Positions 17,838 through 27,318 of a DNA stretch of 43,543 nt are shown one piece after another (position 1 is the stretch's first letter; each line of letters starts with the position of its first letter). The position numbers and the translations under genes were made by a program. The DNA is from a virus (lineage: Duplodnaviria > Heunggongvirae > Uroviricota > Caudoviricetes): positions 1 to 43,543 of IMG/VR virus record IMGVR_UViG_2541047719_000002; one strand, 5' to 3'. The notes beneath the pieces are model-generated. The model had not been told where the DNA came from. It saw only the letters and a list, made by a program, of their open reading frames with translations, and ran no database searches.

Positions 17838-18120
17838 CCTACGCAAAGAAGCGCGCGGCAGAGAATGCCAGGTACGTATTTACGGCGTATGCAATGGCAA
17901 CCCTGAAACTACAGTTCTGGCACATTACCGGATGGCTGGAATTTGCGGAACTGGAATGAAGCCTGACGACCTGATCGGCGCATGGGCTTGTAGCGCGTGT
18001 CACGATGAAATCGACCGACGCACCCATAACCTCGACAACAAAGACGCCAGACTTTACCACCTCGAAGGCGTAATCAGGACGCAGGCGATACTGCTGAAGG
18101 AGGGGAAGATTAAGTCATGA
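17830..18120 (+). CDS. YbcO-like (DUF1364) putative zinc-binding nuclease
   Basis: 96-aa ORF with Cys/His cluster (C..C...H...C..C.H); same size and position upstream of rusA as DLP12 ybcO (recalled). Confidence 0.55.
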   Translation: MANLRKEARGRECQVRIYGVCNGNPETTVLAHYRMAGICGTGMKPDDLIGAWACSACHDEIDRRTHNLDNKDARLYHLEGVIRTQAILLKEGKIKS

Positions 18121-18479
18121 ACGAATATCAGTTTGTGCTTCCATATCCGCCGTCGGTGAACACCTACTGGCGAAGACGGGGAAGCCAATATTACATCAGC
18201 GATAAAGGCCAGAAATACCGAAAAGACGTTCAGCAAATCATCCGCCAACTCAAGTTAGACATTTTCACCAAATCACGACTCCGCATCAAAGTCATCGCAG
18301 ACGTTCCAGACTCCCGCCGCCGCGACCTCGATAACATCCTGAAAGGATTACTCGACTCCCTTATCCACGCCGGATTTGCGGAAGACGACGAGCAATTCGA
18401 TGACATTCGCGTAATTCGTGGCGTGAAAGTACCAGGCGGAAGGCTTGGAATAAAAATCACCGAACTGGAGAACGCATGA
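18117..18479 (+). CDS. rusA: Holliday junction resolvase RusA
   Basis: 120-aa ORF with RusA N-terminal motif (FVLPYPPSVNTYWRRRG) and acidic catalytic region. Confidence 0.85.
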   Translation: MNEYQFVLPYPPSVNTYWRRRGSQYYISDKGQKYRKDVQQIIRQLKLDIFTKSRLRIKVIADVPDSRRRDLDNILKGLLDSLIHAGFAEDDEQFDDIRVIRGVKVPGGRLGIKITELENA

Positions 18480-18664
18480 ACGCCACAATTCAAACAATAC
18501 CAGAGCTACTTATCCAGACACGAGGCAATCAGACCGAAGTGGCGAGGATGCTTTCCTGCGCAAGAGGAACAGTGCTCAAGTACAACCGAGACAGCAAAGG
18601 CGAGCGTCACGTAATAGTTAACGGCGTCCTGATGGTCAAACAGGGCAAGAGGGGAAGACCATGA
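18476..18664 (+). CDS. ninH: NinH-like protein
   Basis: 62-aa ORF similar to recalled lambda NinH (…GNQTEVARMLSCARGTVLKY…). Confidence 0.75.
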   Translation: MNATIQTIPELLIQTRGNQTEVARMLSCARGTVLKYNRDSKGERHVIVNGVLMVKQGKRGRP

Positions 18665-19284
18665 GACTCGAAAGCGTAGCTAAATTTCACTCGCCAAAAA
18701 GCCCGATGATGAGCGACTCACCACGGGCTACGGCTTCTGACTCTCTTTCCGGTACTGATGTGATGGCTGCTATGGGGATGGCGCAATCACAAGCCGGATT
18801 CGGAATGGCTGCATTCTGCGGTAAGCATGAACTCAGCCAGAACGACAAACAAAAGGCTATCAACTACCTGATGCAATTTGCACACAAGGTATCGGGGAAA
18901 TACCGTGGCGTGGCAAAGCTTGAAGGAAATACTAAGGCAAAGGTACTGCAAGTGCTCGCAACATTCGCTTATGCGGATTATTGCCGTAGTGCCGCGACGC
19001 CGGGCGCAAGATGCAGAGATTGCCACGGTACAGGCCGTGCGGTTGATATAGCAAAAACAGAGCAGTGGGGGAGAGTTGTTGAGAAAGAGTGCGGAAGATG
19101 CAAAGGTGTCGGCTATTCAAGAATGCCAGCAAGCGCCGCATATCGCGCTGTAACGATGCTAATCCCAAACCTTACCCAACCCACCTGGTCACGAACTGTT
19201 AAGCCGCTGTATGACGCTCTGGTGGTGCAATGCCACAAGGAAGAGTCAATCGCAGACAACATTTTGAACGCGGTCACACGTTAG
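18661..19284 (+). CDS. Q: Late-gene antiterminator Q (lambda Q)
   Basis: 207-aa ORF recalled as essentially identical to lambda Q (MRLESVAKFHSPKSPMMSDSPRATASDSLSGTDVMAAMGMAQSQ...). Confidence 0.95.
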   Translation: MRLESVAKFHSPKSPMMSDSPRATASDSLSGTDVMAAMGMAQSQAGFGMAAFCGKHELSQNDKQKAINYLMQFAHKVSGKYRGVAKLEGNTKAKVLQVLATFAYADYCRSAATPGARCRDCHGTGRAVDIAKTEQWGRVVEKECGRCKGVGYSRMPASAAYRAVTMLIPNLTQPTWSRTVKPLYDALVVQCHKEESIADNILNAVTR

Positions 19285-19326
19285 CAGCATGATTGCCACG
19301 GATGGCAACATATTAACGGCATGATA

Positions 19327-19355
19327 TTGACTTTTTGAATAAAGTTGGGTAAATT
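19327..19355 (+). promoter_or_regulatory. Late promoter PR' (TTGACT -35, TAAATT -10) with overlapping qut site
   Basis: TTGACT at 19327-19332, 17-bp spacer, TAAATT at 19350-19355; sequence matches recalled lambda PR' region. Confidence 0.7.
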
Positions 19356-19498
19356 TGACCCAACGATGGGTTAATTCGCTCGTTGTGGTAGTGAGATAAA
19401 AAGAGGCGGCGCTTACTACCGATTCTGCCTAGTTGGTCACTTCGACGTATCGTCTGGAACTCCAACCATCGCAGGCTGAGAGGTCTGCAAAATGCAAT

Positions 19499-19554
19499 CC
19501 CGAAACAGTTCGCAGGTAATAGTTAGAGCCTGCACAACGGTTTCGGGATTTTTT
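19499..19554 (+). terminator. tR' intrinsic terminator (3' end of the short 6S late leader transcript)
   Basis: Stem CCCGAAAC...GGTTTCGGG followed by TTTTTT (19549-19554); matches recalled lambda tR'. Confidence 0.7.
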
Positions 19555-19558
19555 ATTT

Positions 19559-19633
19559 GGGTCAGTCGTATAAAGGTAATCACGGAAGGCTGTTAACCTT
19601 CTTATCGTGGTTCGAGTCCACGCTGTCCCGCCA
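19559..19633 (+). tRNA. tRNA-Asn-like (anticodon GUU), atypical, possibly degenerate
   Basis: Anticodon stem GAAGG/CCTTC with loop CTGTTAA; T-arm CGTGG-TTCGAGT-CCACG; discriminator G and encoded CCA; acceptor stem 6/7 with a U-U mismatch; D-arm pairs poorly. Confidence 0.45.
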
Positions 19634-19638
19634 AACAT

Positions 19639-19714
19639 GCTGGTTTAGCTCCAATGGTAGAGCAGTCGCCTTGTAAGCGAATGGGTAGCGGTTCAAGTCC
19701 GTTAACCAGCACCA
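19639..19714 (+). tRNA. tRNA-Thr (anticodon UGU)
   Basis: 76-nt cloverleaf folded by hand: perfect 7-bp acceptor stem GCTGGTT/AACCAGC, D-arm GCTC-CAATGGTA-GAGC, anticodon loop CTTGTAA, T-arm AGCGG-TTCAAGT-CCGTT, encoded CCA. Confidence 0.75.
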
Positions 19715-19956
19715 TAACTGAGCCGTAGCCACTGGCTATCCTGAATTCATCAGTGATAGTTATGCTGCGGCCTTCTACACATGATCTTCGTGAAAGCGGG
19801 TGGCAAGAGGTCGCGCTAACAACCTCCTGCCGTTTTGCCCGTGCATATCGGTCACGAACAAATCTGATTACTAAACACAGTAGCCTGGATTTGTTCTATC
19901 AGTAATCGACCTTATTCCTAATTAAATAGAGCAAATCCCCTTATTGGGGGTAAGAC

Positions 19957-20280
19957 ATGAAGATGCCAGAAAAACATGACCTGTTAGCCGCCATTCTCGC
20001 GGCAAAGGAACAAGGCATCGGGGCAATCCTTGCGTTTGCAATGGCGTACCTTCGCGGCAGATATAATGGCGGTGCGTTTACAAAAACAGTAATCGACGCA
20101 ACGATGTGCGCCATTATCGCCTGGTTCATTCGTGACCTTCTCGACTTCGCCGGACTAAGTAGCAATCTCGCTTATATAACGAGCGTGTTCATCGGCTACA
20201 TCGGTACTGACTCGATTGGTTCGCTTATCAAACGCTTCGCTGCTAAAAAAGCCGGAGTAGAAGATGGTGGAAATCAATAA
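19957..20280 (+). CDS. S: Holin/antiholin S (lambda S107/S105 dual start)
   Basis: 107-aa ORF starting [22 protein letters not shown]..., recalled as lambda S; Met1 and Met3 dual-start motif present. Confidence 0.95.
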   Translation: MKMPEKHDLLAAILAAKEQGIGAILAFAMAYLRGRYNGGAFTKTVIDATMCAIIAWFIRDLLDFAGLSSNLAYITSVFIGYIGTDSIGSLIKRFAAKKAGVEDGGNQ

Positions 20281-20740
20281 TCAACGTAAGGCGTTCCTCG
20301 ATATGCTGGCGTGGTCAGAGGGAACTGATAACGGACGACAGAAAACCAGAAATCATGGTTATGACGTCATTGTTGGCGGAGAGCTATTCACTGATTACTC
20401 CGATCACCCTCGCAAACTTGTCACGCTAAACCCAAAACTCAAATCAACAGCAGCCGGACGTTACCAGCTTCTTTCCCGTTGGTGGGATTCCTATCGTAAG
20501 CAGCTTGGCCTGAAAGACTTCTCTCCGAAAAGCCAGGACGCTGTTGCACTGCAGCAGATTAAGGAGCGTGGCGCTTTGCCGATGATTGATCGCGGTGATA
20601 TTCGTCAGGCTATCGACCGTTGCAGCAATATCTGGGCTTCACTGCCGGGCGCTGGTTATGGTCAGTTCGAGCATAAGGCTGACAGCCTGATTGCAAAATT
20701 CAAAGAAGCGGGCGGAACGGTCAGAGAGATTGAGGTATGA
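20264..20740 (+). CDS. R: Endolysin R (lambda-type lytic transglycosylase)
   Basis: 158-aa ORF recalled as near-identical to lambda R ([39 protein letters not shown]...). Confidence 0.95.
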   Translation: MVEINNQRKAFLDMLAWSEGTDNGRQKTRNHGYDVIVGGELFTDYSDHPRKLVTLNPKLKSTAAGRYQLLSRWWDSYRKQLGLKDFSPKSQDAVALQQIKERGALPMIDRGDIRQAIDRCSNIWASLPGAGYGQFEHKADSLIAKFKEAGGTVREIEV

Positions 20741-21204
20741 GCAGAGTAACCGCGATTATCTCCGCTCTGGTTATCTGCATCATCGTTTGCCTGTCATGGG
20801 CTGTTAATCATTACCGTGATAACGCCATCGCCTACAAAGAACAGCGTGATAAAAAAGGCAGTGAGCTGAAGCAGGCGACCGCCACCATTACTGACATGCA
20901 GCAGCGCCAGCGGGATGTTGCTGCACTCGATGCAAAATACACGAAGGAGTTAGCTGATGCGCAAGCTGAAAATGATGCTCTTCGGCGTAAGCTTGATAAT
21001 GGTGGTCGGGTGCTCGTCAAAGGAAAATGCCCTGTGCCAGCCTCAGCCAAAACTTCCAGCGCCTCCGGCATGGGCAATGATGCCACCGTCGAACTCTCTT
21101 CAGTTGCTGGACGAAACGTTCTCGGTATCCGGGAAGGAATTATCCGCGACCAAACAGCACTGAGAGCGCTTCAGGAATACATCAGGACGCAATGCCTTCG
21201 ATGA
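20737..21204 (+). CDS. Rz: Inner-membrane spanin Rz
   Basis: 155-aa ORF with N-terminal TM segment and coiled-coil periplasmic domain; contains embedded +1 frame Rz1. Confidence 0.85.
   Translation: MSRVTAIISALVICIIVCLSWAVNHYRDNAIAYKEQRDKKGSELKQATATITDMQQRQRDVAALDAKYTKELADAQAENDALRRKLDNGGRVLVKGKCPVPASAKTSSASGMGNDATVELSSVAGRNVLGIREGIIRDQTALRALQEYIRTQCLR
20957..21163 (+). CDS. Rz1: Outer-membrane lipoprotein spanin Rz1 (embedded in Rz, +1 frame)
   Basis: 68-aa ORF with AAGGAG RBS, signal peptide and lipobox (VVGC), Pro-rich mature region. Confidence 0.7.
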   Translation: MRKLKMMLFGVSLIMVVGCSSKENALCQPQPKLPAPPAWAMMPPSNSLQLLDETFSVSGKELSATKQH

Positions 21205-21644
21205 TAGCGATAATTTTACTCATCATCCTTCACATCTGGCTCTGTAGACAGGGTGGTGATCACTTCTGGAGTGAATCCAGATTAAACATCTCATTGCTGA
21301 TGCTTGAAGTTGAGCATCTGGCGCGCGGTAAGGGGCTGCGTTGAGATAAGAGCCAGTTCATTACAAAGCCCATCTACGGGTGGGCTTGATAATGAAACCG
21401 TGATTTACATCCCTCACAATCCAGGTATGTAAAAGCTGGATCATGCGAGAACGGATTTAACTAAATCTGTGCACCACCAGTTACGGCAGTACAGCGAAAC
21501 AACCCAAGCCAGTAAGTGGGGAAATAACACTGGCAGCCACTGAAAGATGAACCTCCTGCCTTATGGCAAAAAAGATTCTTTGTGGTGGCGGACTGATGGA
21601 AAGACATCCGCTGAATCGATAACGAACAAGTGGAAGATGTTGCG

Positions 21645-21818
21645 ATGGTTTCCGTAAACAAAGACCAGAAGGAAGGCGTTGAATACATCACTGGTGCTGA
21701 TGGTGTGAAAAGGCCAATGGCTTATTACAAATCGGCTGAAGAGAGAGCAAGAATGGAAAATCCCCCTAAATGCGGCTCATTTTTCGACATGCTGAACCTT
21801 CAGCAATGGAAGTTGTGA
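21645..21818 (+). CDS. Hypothetical small protein
   Basis: 57-aa ORF from internal ATG of the 21630..21818 track ORF; weak support. Confidence 0.3.
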   Translation: MVSVNKDQKEGVEYITGADGVKRPMAYYKSAEERARMENPPKCGSFFDMLNLQQWKL

Positions 21819-21956
21819 ACAACTAACAGGTCGCTCAGGCGGCCTTTTTATCGCCATCACAAAAGCCATTCCTTACTGAGTGGCTTTGACAATGGCTTAT
21901 ACCCTACACGGGATAACTTAACTGATATCCCTTTTAACGGATAAACGGAGCCAACA

Positions 21957-22199
21957 ATGGCAGAGATTATTCCCATGACTGAAGAACAGAAATTCCAGTT
22001 AGAGATTTACAAACTGGTCATGAACCAGAACGCAGCCGCAGAAGAAGCATTTCAATTCATTGGTACTGACGAGCTGAAGCTTGAGCTATTCAAAATTCAC
22101 TTCCAGTCAGGCGGCGCTAATTCAGATATCACGACCCGCACTATCGAAGCGGTGCGTAAATCGAAGGAAGCGTTAGACCTGTTCACTACCGGAGCATAA
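21957..22199 (+). CDS. Hypothetical protein upstream of terminase genes
   Basis: 80-aa ORF, ATG start with GGAG RBS. Confidence 0.45.
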   Translation: MAEIIPMTEEQKFQLEIYKLVMNQNAAAEEAFQFIGTDELKLELFKIHFQSGGANSDITTRTIEAVRKSKEALDLFTTGA

Positions 22200-22278
22200 T
22201 CATGGCAACTCAAGGTTTCGACAACCCATCCAAATTCCGCGATGAATGGGATAAGCAAGCAGAAGGGAAATAATCAAT

Positions 22279-22704
22279 ATGGCGACTGAGAAAAAGAATG
22301 TCGGTCGCCCTTCGGATTACCTGCCGGAGGTGGCTGATGATATCTGTGCGCTGCTTGCCTCCGGGGAAAGTCTGGTTAAGGTTTGCAAGCGCCCCGGCAT
22401 GCCAGCAAAGGCTACTGTATTTCGCTGGCTGTCAGAGCATGACGAATTTAGAGACAAGTACGCGAAGGCAACTGAGGCGCGAGCTGATTCTATTTTCGAA
22501 GAGATATTCGAAATTGCTGACACTGCGATTCCAGATGCTGCTGAGGTGGCAAAGGCAAGACTTCGCGTTGATACCCGTAAATGGGCGTTGGCCCGAATGA
22601 ATCCCCGTAAGTATGGCGACAAGGTAACTAACGAGCTTGTCGGCAAAGACGGCGGCGCAATCCAGATTGAAACATCACCGATGAGCACTCTATTCGGAAA
22701 ATGA
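22279..22704 (+). CDS. Terminase small subunit (Sf6 gp1-like)
   Basis: 141-aa ORF closely resembling recalled Sf6 small terminase (…GRPSDY.PEVADDIC.LL.SGESL.KVCKRPGMP…); directly upstream of and overlapping the large terminase. Confidence 0.8.
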   Translation: MATEKKNVGRPSDYLPEVADDICALLASGESLVKVCKRPGMPAKATVFRWLSEHDEFRDKYAKATEARADSIFEEIFEIADTAIPDAAEVAKARLRVDTRKWALARMNPRKYGDKVTNELVGKDGGAIQIETSPMSTLFGK

Positions 22705-24116
22705 CCTCGATTAATCCTATCTTTGAACCGTTCATTGAGGCGCATCGCTACAAAGTCGCCAAAGGCGGTCGAGGTAGCGGTAAGTCATGGGCAATTGCGA
22801 GACTGCTTGTTGAAGCGGCGCGTCGGCAGCCAGTGCGTATTCTCTGCGCTCGTGAACTGCAAAACAGTATCAGCGATTCGGTAATCCGGTTGCTTGAAGA
22901 TACCATCGAGCGTGAAGGGTATTCGGCTGAGTTTGAAATTCAGCGTTCCATGATTCGTCATCTCGGAACGAATGCTGAGTTCATGTTCTACGGCATCAAA
23001 AACAACCCGACGAAGATTAAATCGCTCGAAGGCATTGATATCTGCTGGGTGGAAGAAGCGGAAGCGGTAACGAAGGAATCATGGGATATCCTGATTCCAA
23101 CCATCCGTAAGCCGTTCTCTGAAATATGGGTGAGCTTTAACCCGAAGAACATCCTCGACGATACCTATCAGCGATTCGTCGTAAATCCTCCTGATGATAT
23201 TTGTCTGCTGACGGTGAACTACACCGACAACCCGCACTTTCCTGAAGTTCTCCGTCTGGAGATGGAAGAGTGCAAACGCAGAAACCCGACACTGTATCGT
23301 CACATCTGGCTTGGTGAGCCAGTGAGCGCAAGTGATATGGCAATCATCAAACGTGAATGGCTTGAAGCTGCTACCGATGCGCACAAGAAACTCGGATGGA
23401 AAGCGAAAGGCGCTGTTGTCTCTGCGCATGACCCGTCAGATACAGGACCAGATGCTAAAGGTTATGCATCGCGTCACGGTTCGGTAGTTAAGCGCATTGC
23501 CGAAGGTCTGCTGATGGACATCAACGAGGGTGCTGACTGGGCTACTTCGCTGGCGATTGAAGACGGCGCTGACCATTACCTGTGGGATGGTGATGGTGTT
23601 GGTGCCGGGCTACGCAGACAGACAACGGAAGCGTTCTCCGGCAAGAAAATCACCGCCACGATGTTCAAGGGCAGCGAATCGCCATTCGATGAAGATGCAC
23701 CATATCAGGCCGGAGCATGGGCTGATGAAGTCGTGCAGGGCGACAACGTTCGCACTATTGGCGATGTGTTCCGTAATAAGCGAGCGCAATTCTATTACGC
23801 GCTGGCTGACAGGCTGTATCTGACATATCGGGCGGTTGTCCACGGTGAGTATGCAGACCCCGACGACATGCTGAGTTTCGACAAAGAAGCGATAGGCGAG
23901 AAGATGCTGGAGAAGCTGTTTGCAGAACTGACGCAGATTCAGCGCAAATTCAATAACAACGGGAAGCTGGAGCTTATGACTAAGGTCGAAATGAAGCAGA
24001 AGCTCGGTATTCCATCTCCTAACCTGGCTGATGCGCTGATGATGTGTATGCATTGCCCGGAGTCGGCTGCGCAACCCGACTATTCCAGTTACTCAATTCC
24101 TTGTGGTGTAGGTTGA
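22701..24116 (+). CDS. Terminase large subunit (P22/Sf6 gp2-like, headful packaging)
   Basis: 471-aa ORF with Walker A GGRGSGKS and C-terminal nuclease domain. Confidence 0.95.
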   Translation: MTSINPIFEPFIEAHRYKVAKGGRGSGKSWAIARLLVEAARRQPVRILCARELQNSISDSVIRLLEDTIEREGYSAEFEIQRSMIRHLGTNAEFMFYGIKNNPTKIKSLEGIDICWVEEAEAVTKESWDILIPTIRKPFSEIWVSFNPKNILDDTYQRFVVNPPDDICLLTVNYTDNPHFPEVLRLEMEECKRRNPTLYRHIWLGEPVSASDMAIIKREWLEAATDAHKKLGWKAKGAVVSAHDPSDTGPDAKGYASRHGSVVKRIAEGLLMDINEGADWATSLAIEDGADHYLWDGDGVGAGLRRQTTEAFSGKKITATMFKGSESPFDEDAPYQAGAWADEVVQGDNVRTIGDVFRNKRAQFYYALADRLYLTYRAVVHGEYADPDDMLSFDKEAIGEKMLEKLFAELTQIQRKFNNNGKLELMTKVEMKQKLGIPSPNLADALMMCMHCPESAAQPDYSSYSIPCGVG

Positions 24117-24117
24117 T

Positions 24118-26316
24118 ATGGCAGAAAAAAAGATGACTGACTGGCATCGCAAGGTGCTGTGCAACTTTGATAATGCCTGGTCAGCAACGCAGGATATGCG
24201 TGAGCAGATTATTGAGGCTCAACGTTTCGTCCGGGTATCCGGCGCACAGTGGGAAGGCAGCACAAACGCTGGTTACTCATTTGATGAAGGCAGGTTTGAG
24301 CATTATCCGCGCTTTGAACTAAATAAGATTTCCCGTGAATGTGATCGCATCATTGGCGAGTATCGGCAGAATCGCATCAGCGTTAAATTCAGGCCGAAGG
24401 ATGACAAGGCATCGGAAGCGTTAGCCGAAAAGATGAACGGCAAATTCCGCGCTGATTATCAGGAAACATCCGGTGGCGAAGCGTGTGATAACGCATTTGA
24501 TGATGCTGTAACGGGCGGATTCGGTTGTTTCCGCATGTGTGCTGATTACGAAGATGAAATGGATCCGAGTAACGAGCAGCGACGCATCAGCCTTCTTCCT
24601 GTTTACGACCCAGCGACATGCGTCTTCTTCGATCAGGACAGCAAGCAATATGACCGCTCTGATGCTATGTGGGCTATGGAAATGTTCTCCATGACGCCTA
24701 AAGCGTTCGAGGCTGAATACCCTGATTCCATCGCGGCAAGCCTTTCTCGTGATGACACTGGCACTCAATATGACTGGTCAACGCCAGATGCCATCTATGT
24801 TGGACGTTACTACGAAGTCCGCATAGAGAAGGTGAAGCTCACAGCATGGCGTAACCCTGTCAGCGGAGAAACGGCAATCTATGATGAAGAGCAAATCAAA
24901 GATATTGTCGACGAGCTGACCGATGGTGCATTCGAACTGATTGGCGAGCGAACGGTGAAGAAGCGCCGCGTTTATTGCGGTCTTCTGTCTGGCGCTGAAT
25001 GGCTGGAAGAACCGAAGCGTATTCCGGGCGAACATATTCCTCTCATCCCGGTATATGGGCGTCGCTCATTTGTTGATAATCAGGAGCGAATCGAAGGCCA
25101 CGCAGCAAAAGCGATGGATGCGCAGCGTCTTGAGAACCTGATGGTTTCCATGATTGCAGATAACGCTACTCAGGCTGGCGGTGATGGCATTCCTGTAGTT
25201 GATGTTGACATGATTCCTGGTCCTCTTGCCACTCATTGGGCGGAGCGCAACAAAAAGCGCCCGGCGTTCCTGCCGATGGTCAGTCTGAAAAACAAAAACG
25301 GAGATATTACTGCGCAGGCTCAGGTCAGCAGTTATACACCTCCGACACAAATGCCGCCAGCTCTTGCCGGGCTATTGCAGTACACCGGAACGGCTATTCA
25401 GCAAATTACAGGTGCGTCGCAGCTTGAGAACATGCCGAGCAACGTCGCCACCGATACCGTTGATAGCATCTTTAACCGGATGGATACGCAGTCCTATATC
25501 TACATGGACAACATGGCTAAATCCATGCGTCGCGCTGGCGTTGTGTGGCTTTCTATGGCGCGTGAAGTCTATGGCAGCGATACGCCAATGCGCATCGTTA
25601 ATGAGGACGGCAGCGATGACGTGGCGCTGATGACTGGTGAAGTGGTTGACCGTCAGACAGGGCAGGTTATCGCGCTTAACGACCTTTCGCAGGGTAACTA
25701 TGAAGTGACTGTCGATGTCGGTCAGTCGTTCGCTACTCGCCGTGATGCAACGGTTAAGTCGTTACTTTCCATGCTGGCACTTATCCCACCAGGAACGCCG
25801 AAGCACGACCTTGTATCGTCGATGATTCTCGACAATATGGATGGCGAAGGGATGGACGACCTTAAAGAATACAACCGCAATCAGTTGCTTCTGTCTGGAG
25901 TTATCAAGCCGAGAACGCCAGAAGAGCAGCAGATGGTTGAGCAGGCGAAACAACAACAGGCCAGTCAGCCAGATCCGGCTATGGTTGCTGCGCAAGGTCA
26001 GCTTCTTGCTGGTCAGGCTGAATTGCAGAAAGCGCAGAACGAACAGGCAGCCATTCAGGTTAAAGCATTCCAGGCACAGACGGATGCTCAGGTTGCTGCG
26101 GCAAATGTTGTGAAAATCCTCGCATCTGCCGATAGCCAGCAAAAATCTGATATCCGTGAGGCGCTGAAACTGCTCGGACAGTTCCAGCAACAGCAAGGAG
26201 ATAATGCCCGTGCTGATGCAGAGCTTGTCCTGAAAAGTCAGGCACAGGGCCATGCGCAGCGCATGGACATCAGCAGCATCCTGCAAAAATTAACTCAGCA
26301 ACAACCACAGCAGTAA
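24118..26316 (+). CDS. Portal protein (P22 gp1-like)
   Basis: 732-aa ORF in P22 gene order after terminase; Gln-rich C-terminal barrel region. Confidence 0.9.
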   Translation: MAEKKMTDWHRKVLCNFDNAWSATQDMREQIIEAQRFVRVSGAQWEGSTNAGYSFDEGRFEHYPRFELNKISRECDRIIGEYRQNRISVKFRPKDDKASEALAEKMNGKFRADYQETSGGEACDNAFDDAVTGGFGCFRMCADYEDEMDPSNEQRRISLLPVYDPATCVFFDQDSKQYDRSDAMWAMEMFSMTPKAFEAEYPDSIAASLSRDDTGTQYDWSTPDAIYVGRYYEVRIEKVKLTAWRNPVSGETAIYDEEQIKDIVDELTDGAFELIGERTVKKRRVYCGLLSGAEWLEEPKRIPGEHIPLIPVYGRRSFVDNQERIEGHAAKAMDAQRLENLMVSMIADNATQAGGDGIPVVDVDMIPGPLATHWAERNKKRPAFLPMVSLKNKNGDITAQAQVSSYTPPTQMPPALAGLLQYTGTAIQQITGASQLENMPSNVATDTVDSIFNRMDTQSYIYMDNMAKSMRRAGVVWLSMAREVYGSDTPMRIVNEDGSDDVALMTGEVVDRQTGQVIALNDLSQGNYEVTVDVGQSFATRRDATVKSLLSMLALIPPGTPKHDLVSSMILDNMDGEGMDDLKEYNRNQLLLSGVIKPRTPEEQQMVEQAKQQQASQPDPAMVAAQGQLLAGQAELQKAQNEQAAIQVKAFQAQTDAQVAAANVVKILASADSQQKSDIREALKLLGQFQQQQGDNARADAELVLKSQAQGHAQRMDISSILQKLTQQQPQQ

Positions 26317-26406
26317 TTAACCCATAACGTGCAATGGCTGTCTTTATGAGGCCTGGCACCCTATTGCCTTCCGATGGGCTGAACATCGAGTAAACAGGGG
26401 GAACAA

Positions 26407-27300
26407 ATGGACCAGATGGCAGAAAACACACCAGAAGTTGAAATCGAAACCGATACATCAGAGAAGATTCCTGATGATGTCGAACTGGCTGAAGAAGTCG
26501 AAACAGAAGATGGCAGTGAGTCCTCCGGCAATGATGCAGAGGAAGCTACTGAAACTGATGACGACGAATCAGAACAGGAATTCTACTTTGGTGATGAAAA
26601 GCTGGATTCGCCAACCAGCGAAGATAGCGCAGAGCATGGACTGGTAAAACACCTGCGCAAGACGATTAAAGAGAAAGACCGTGAGCTGAAAGAGCTGATG
26701 CGTCAGTCCCAGAAACCCGTCGAGCAGCAGCCGGTAATCACTCAACCACCGCGAATGCCAAAACTGGATGATGAGGACATCGGTTTCGATGAAGAAATCT
26801 ACCAGCAACGCATGGCTAAGTGGGCAGAGGATAACGGAAAGTACCAGCAACAGGAGATGGCTCGCAAGCAGAAGGAGCAGGAGCTTCAGGCTGCTTATCA
26901 AGAGCGATTATCCAAATATCAGCAACGTGTTAAGGCTCTCAAGGTTCCTGGCTATCAGGAAGCAGAACAGGCCGTACTCGAGGAAATCCCCATCGAGACA
27001 CAAAACGCGATCCTGTTTGAGTCAGAGAAGCCGGAAATCGTTGTTCTGGCGCTTGGTCGCAACGCTGAACTGCGCAAGCAACTGGCAGAAGCTACCAACC
27101 CCGTAGCAATTGGTCGTCTGCTGGAACGTATCGAATCTAAGGCCAGAATCATGCCAAAAGCAAAAACCACGGCAGCCACAACCCCGACAGTTAAGGGGAG
27201 CAACGGCGCAGTAATCAATAACCTCGACAAACTGAAAGCCAAGGCGCTGGAAACTGGTGACTGGACGCCGTATTTCGCCGCTAAAAAGGCAAAAAAATAA
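26407..27300 (+). CDS. Scaffolding protein (P22 gp8-like)
   Basis: 297-aa acidic, helical, Glu/Lys/Gln-rich ORF between portal and coat. Confidence 0.8.
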   Translation: MDQMAENTPEVEIETDTSEKIPDDVELAEEVETEDGSESSGNDAEEATETDDDESEQEFYFGDEKLDSPTSEDSAEHGLVKHLRKTIKEKDRELKELMRQSQKPVEQQPVITQPPRMPKLDDEDIGFDEEIYQQRMAKWAEDNGKYQQQEMARKQKEQELQAAYQERLSKYQQRVKALKVPGYQEAEQAVLEEIPIETQNAILFESEKPEIVVLALGRNAELRKQLAEATNPVAIGRLLERIESKARIMPKAKTTAATTPTVKGSNGAVINNLDKLKAKALETGDWTPYFAAKKAKK

Positions 27301-27318
27301 CCTATCGGAGCATTAAGC

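Noticed and set aside
19559-19714. tRNA-like sequences being fragments of a host tRNA captured at an integration site
   Set aside because: They sit inside the prophage between Q and S, far from either att site; the tRNA-Thr is complete with intact stems.
21461-21691. 76-aa minus-strand ORF in the post-lysis interval
   Set aside because: No RBS, Cys/Ser/Thr-rich low-complexity translation, and it overlaps a plus-strand candidate; likely spurious.
23610-24074. Antisense ORFs inside terminase, portal, scaffold and coat genes (e.g. 23610..24074, 25762..26286, 26955..27353, 27951..28388, all minus strand)
   Set aside because: They lie wholly within well-supported plus-strand structural genes and look like shadow ORFs.
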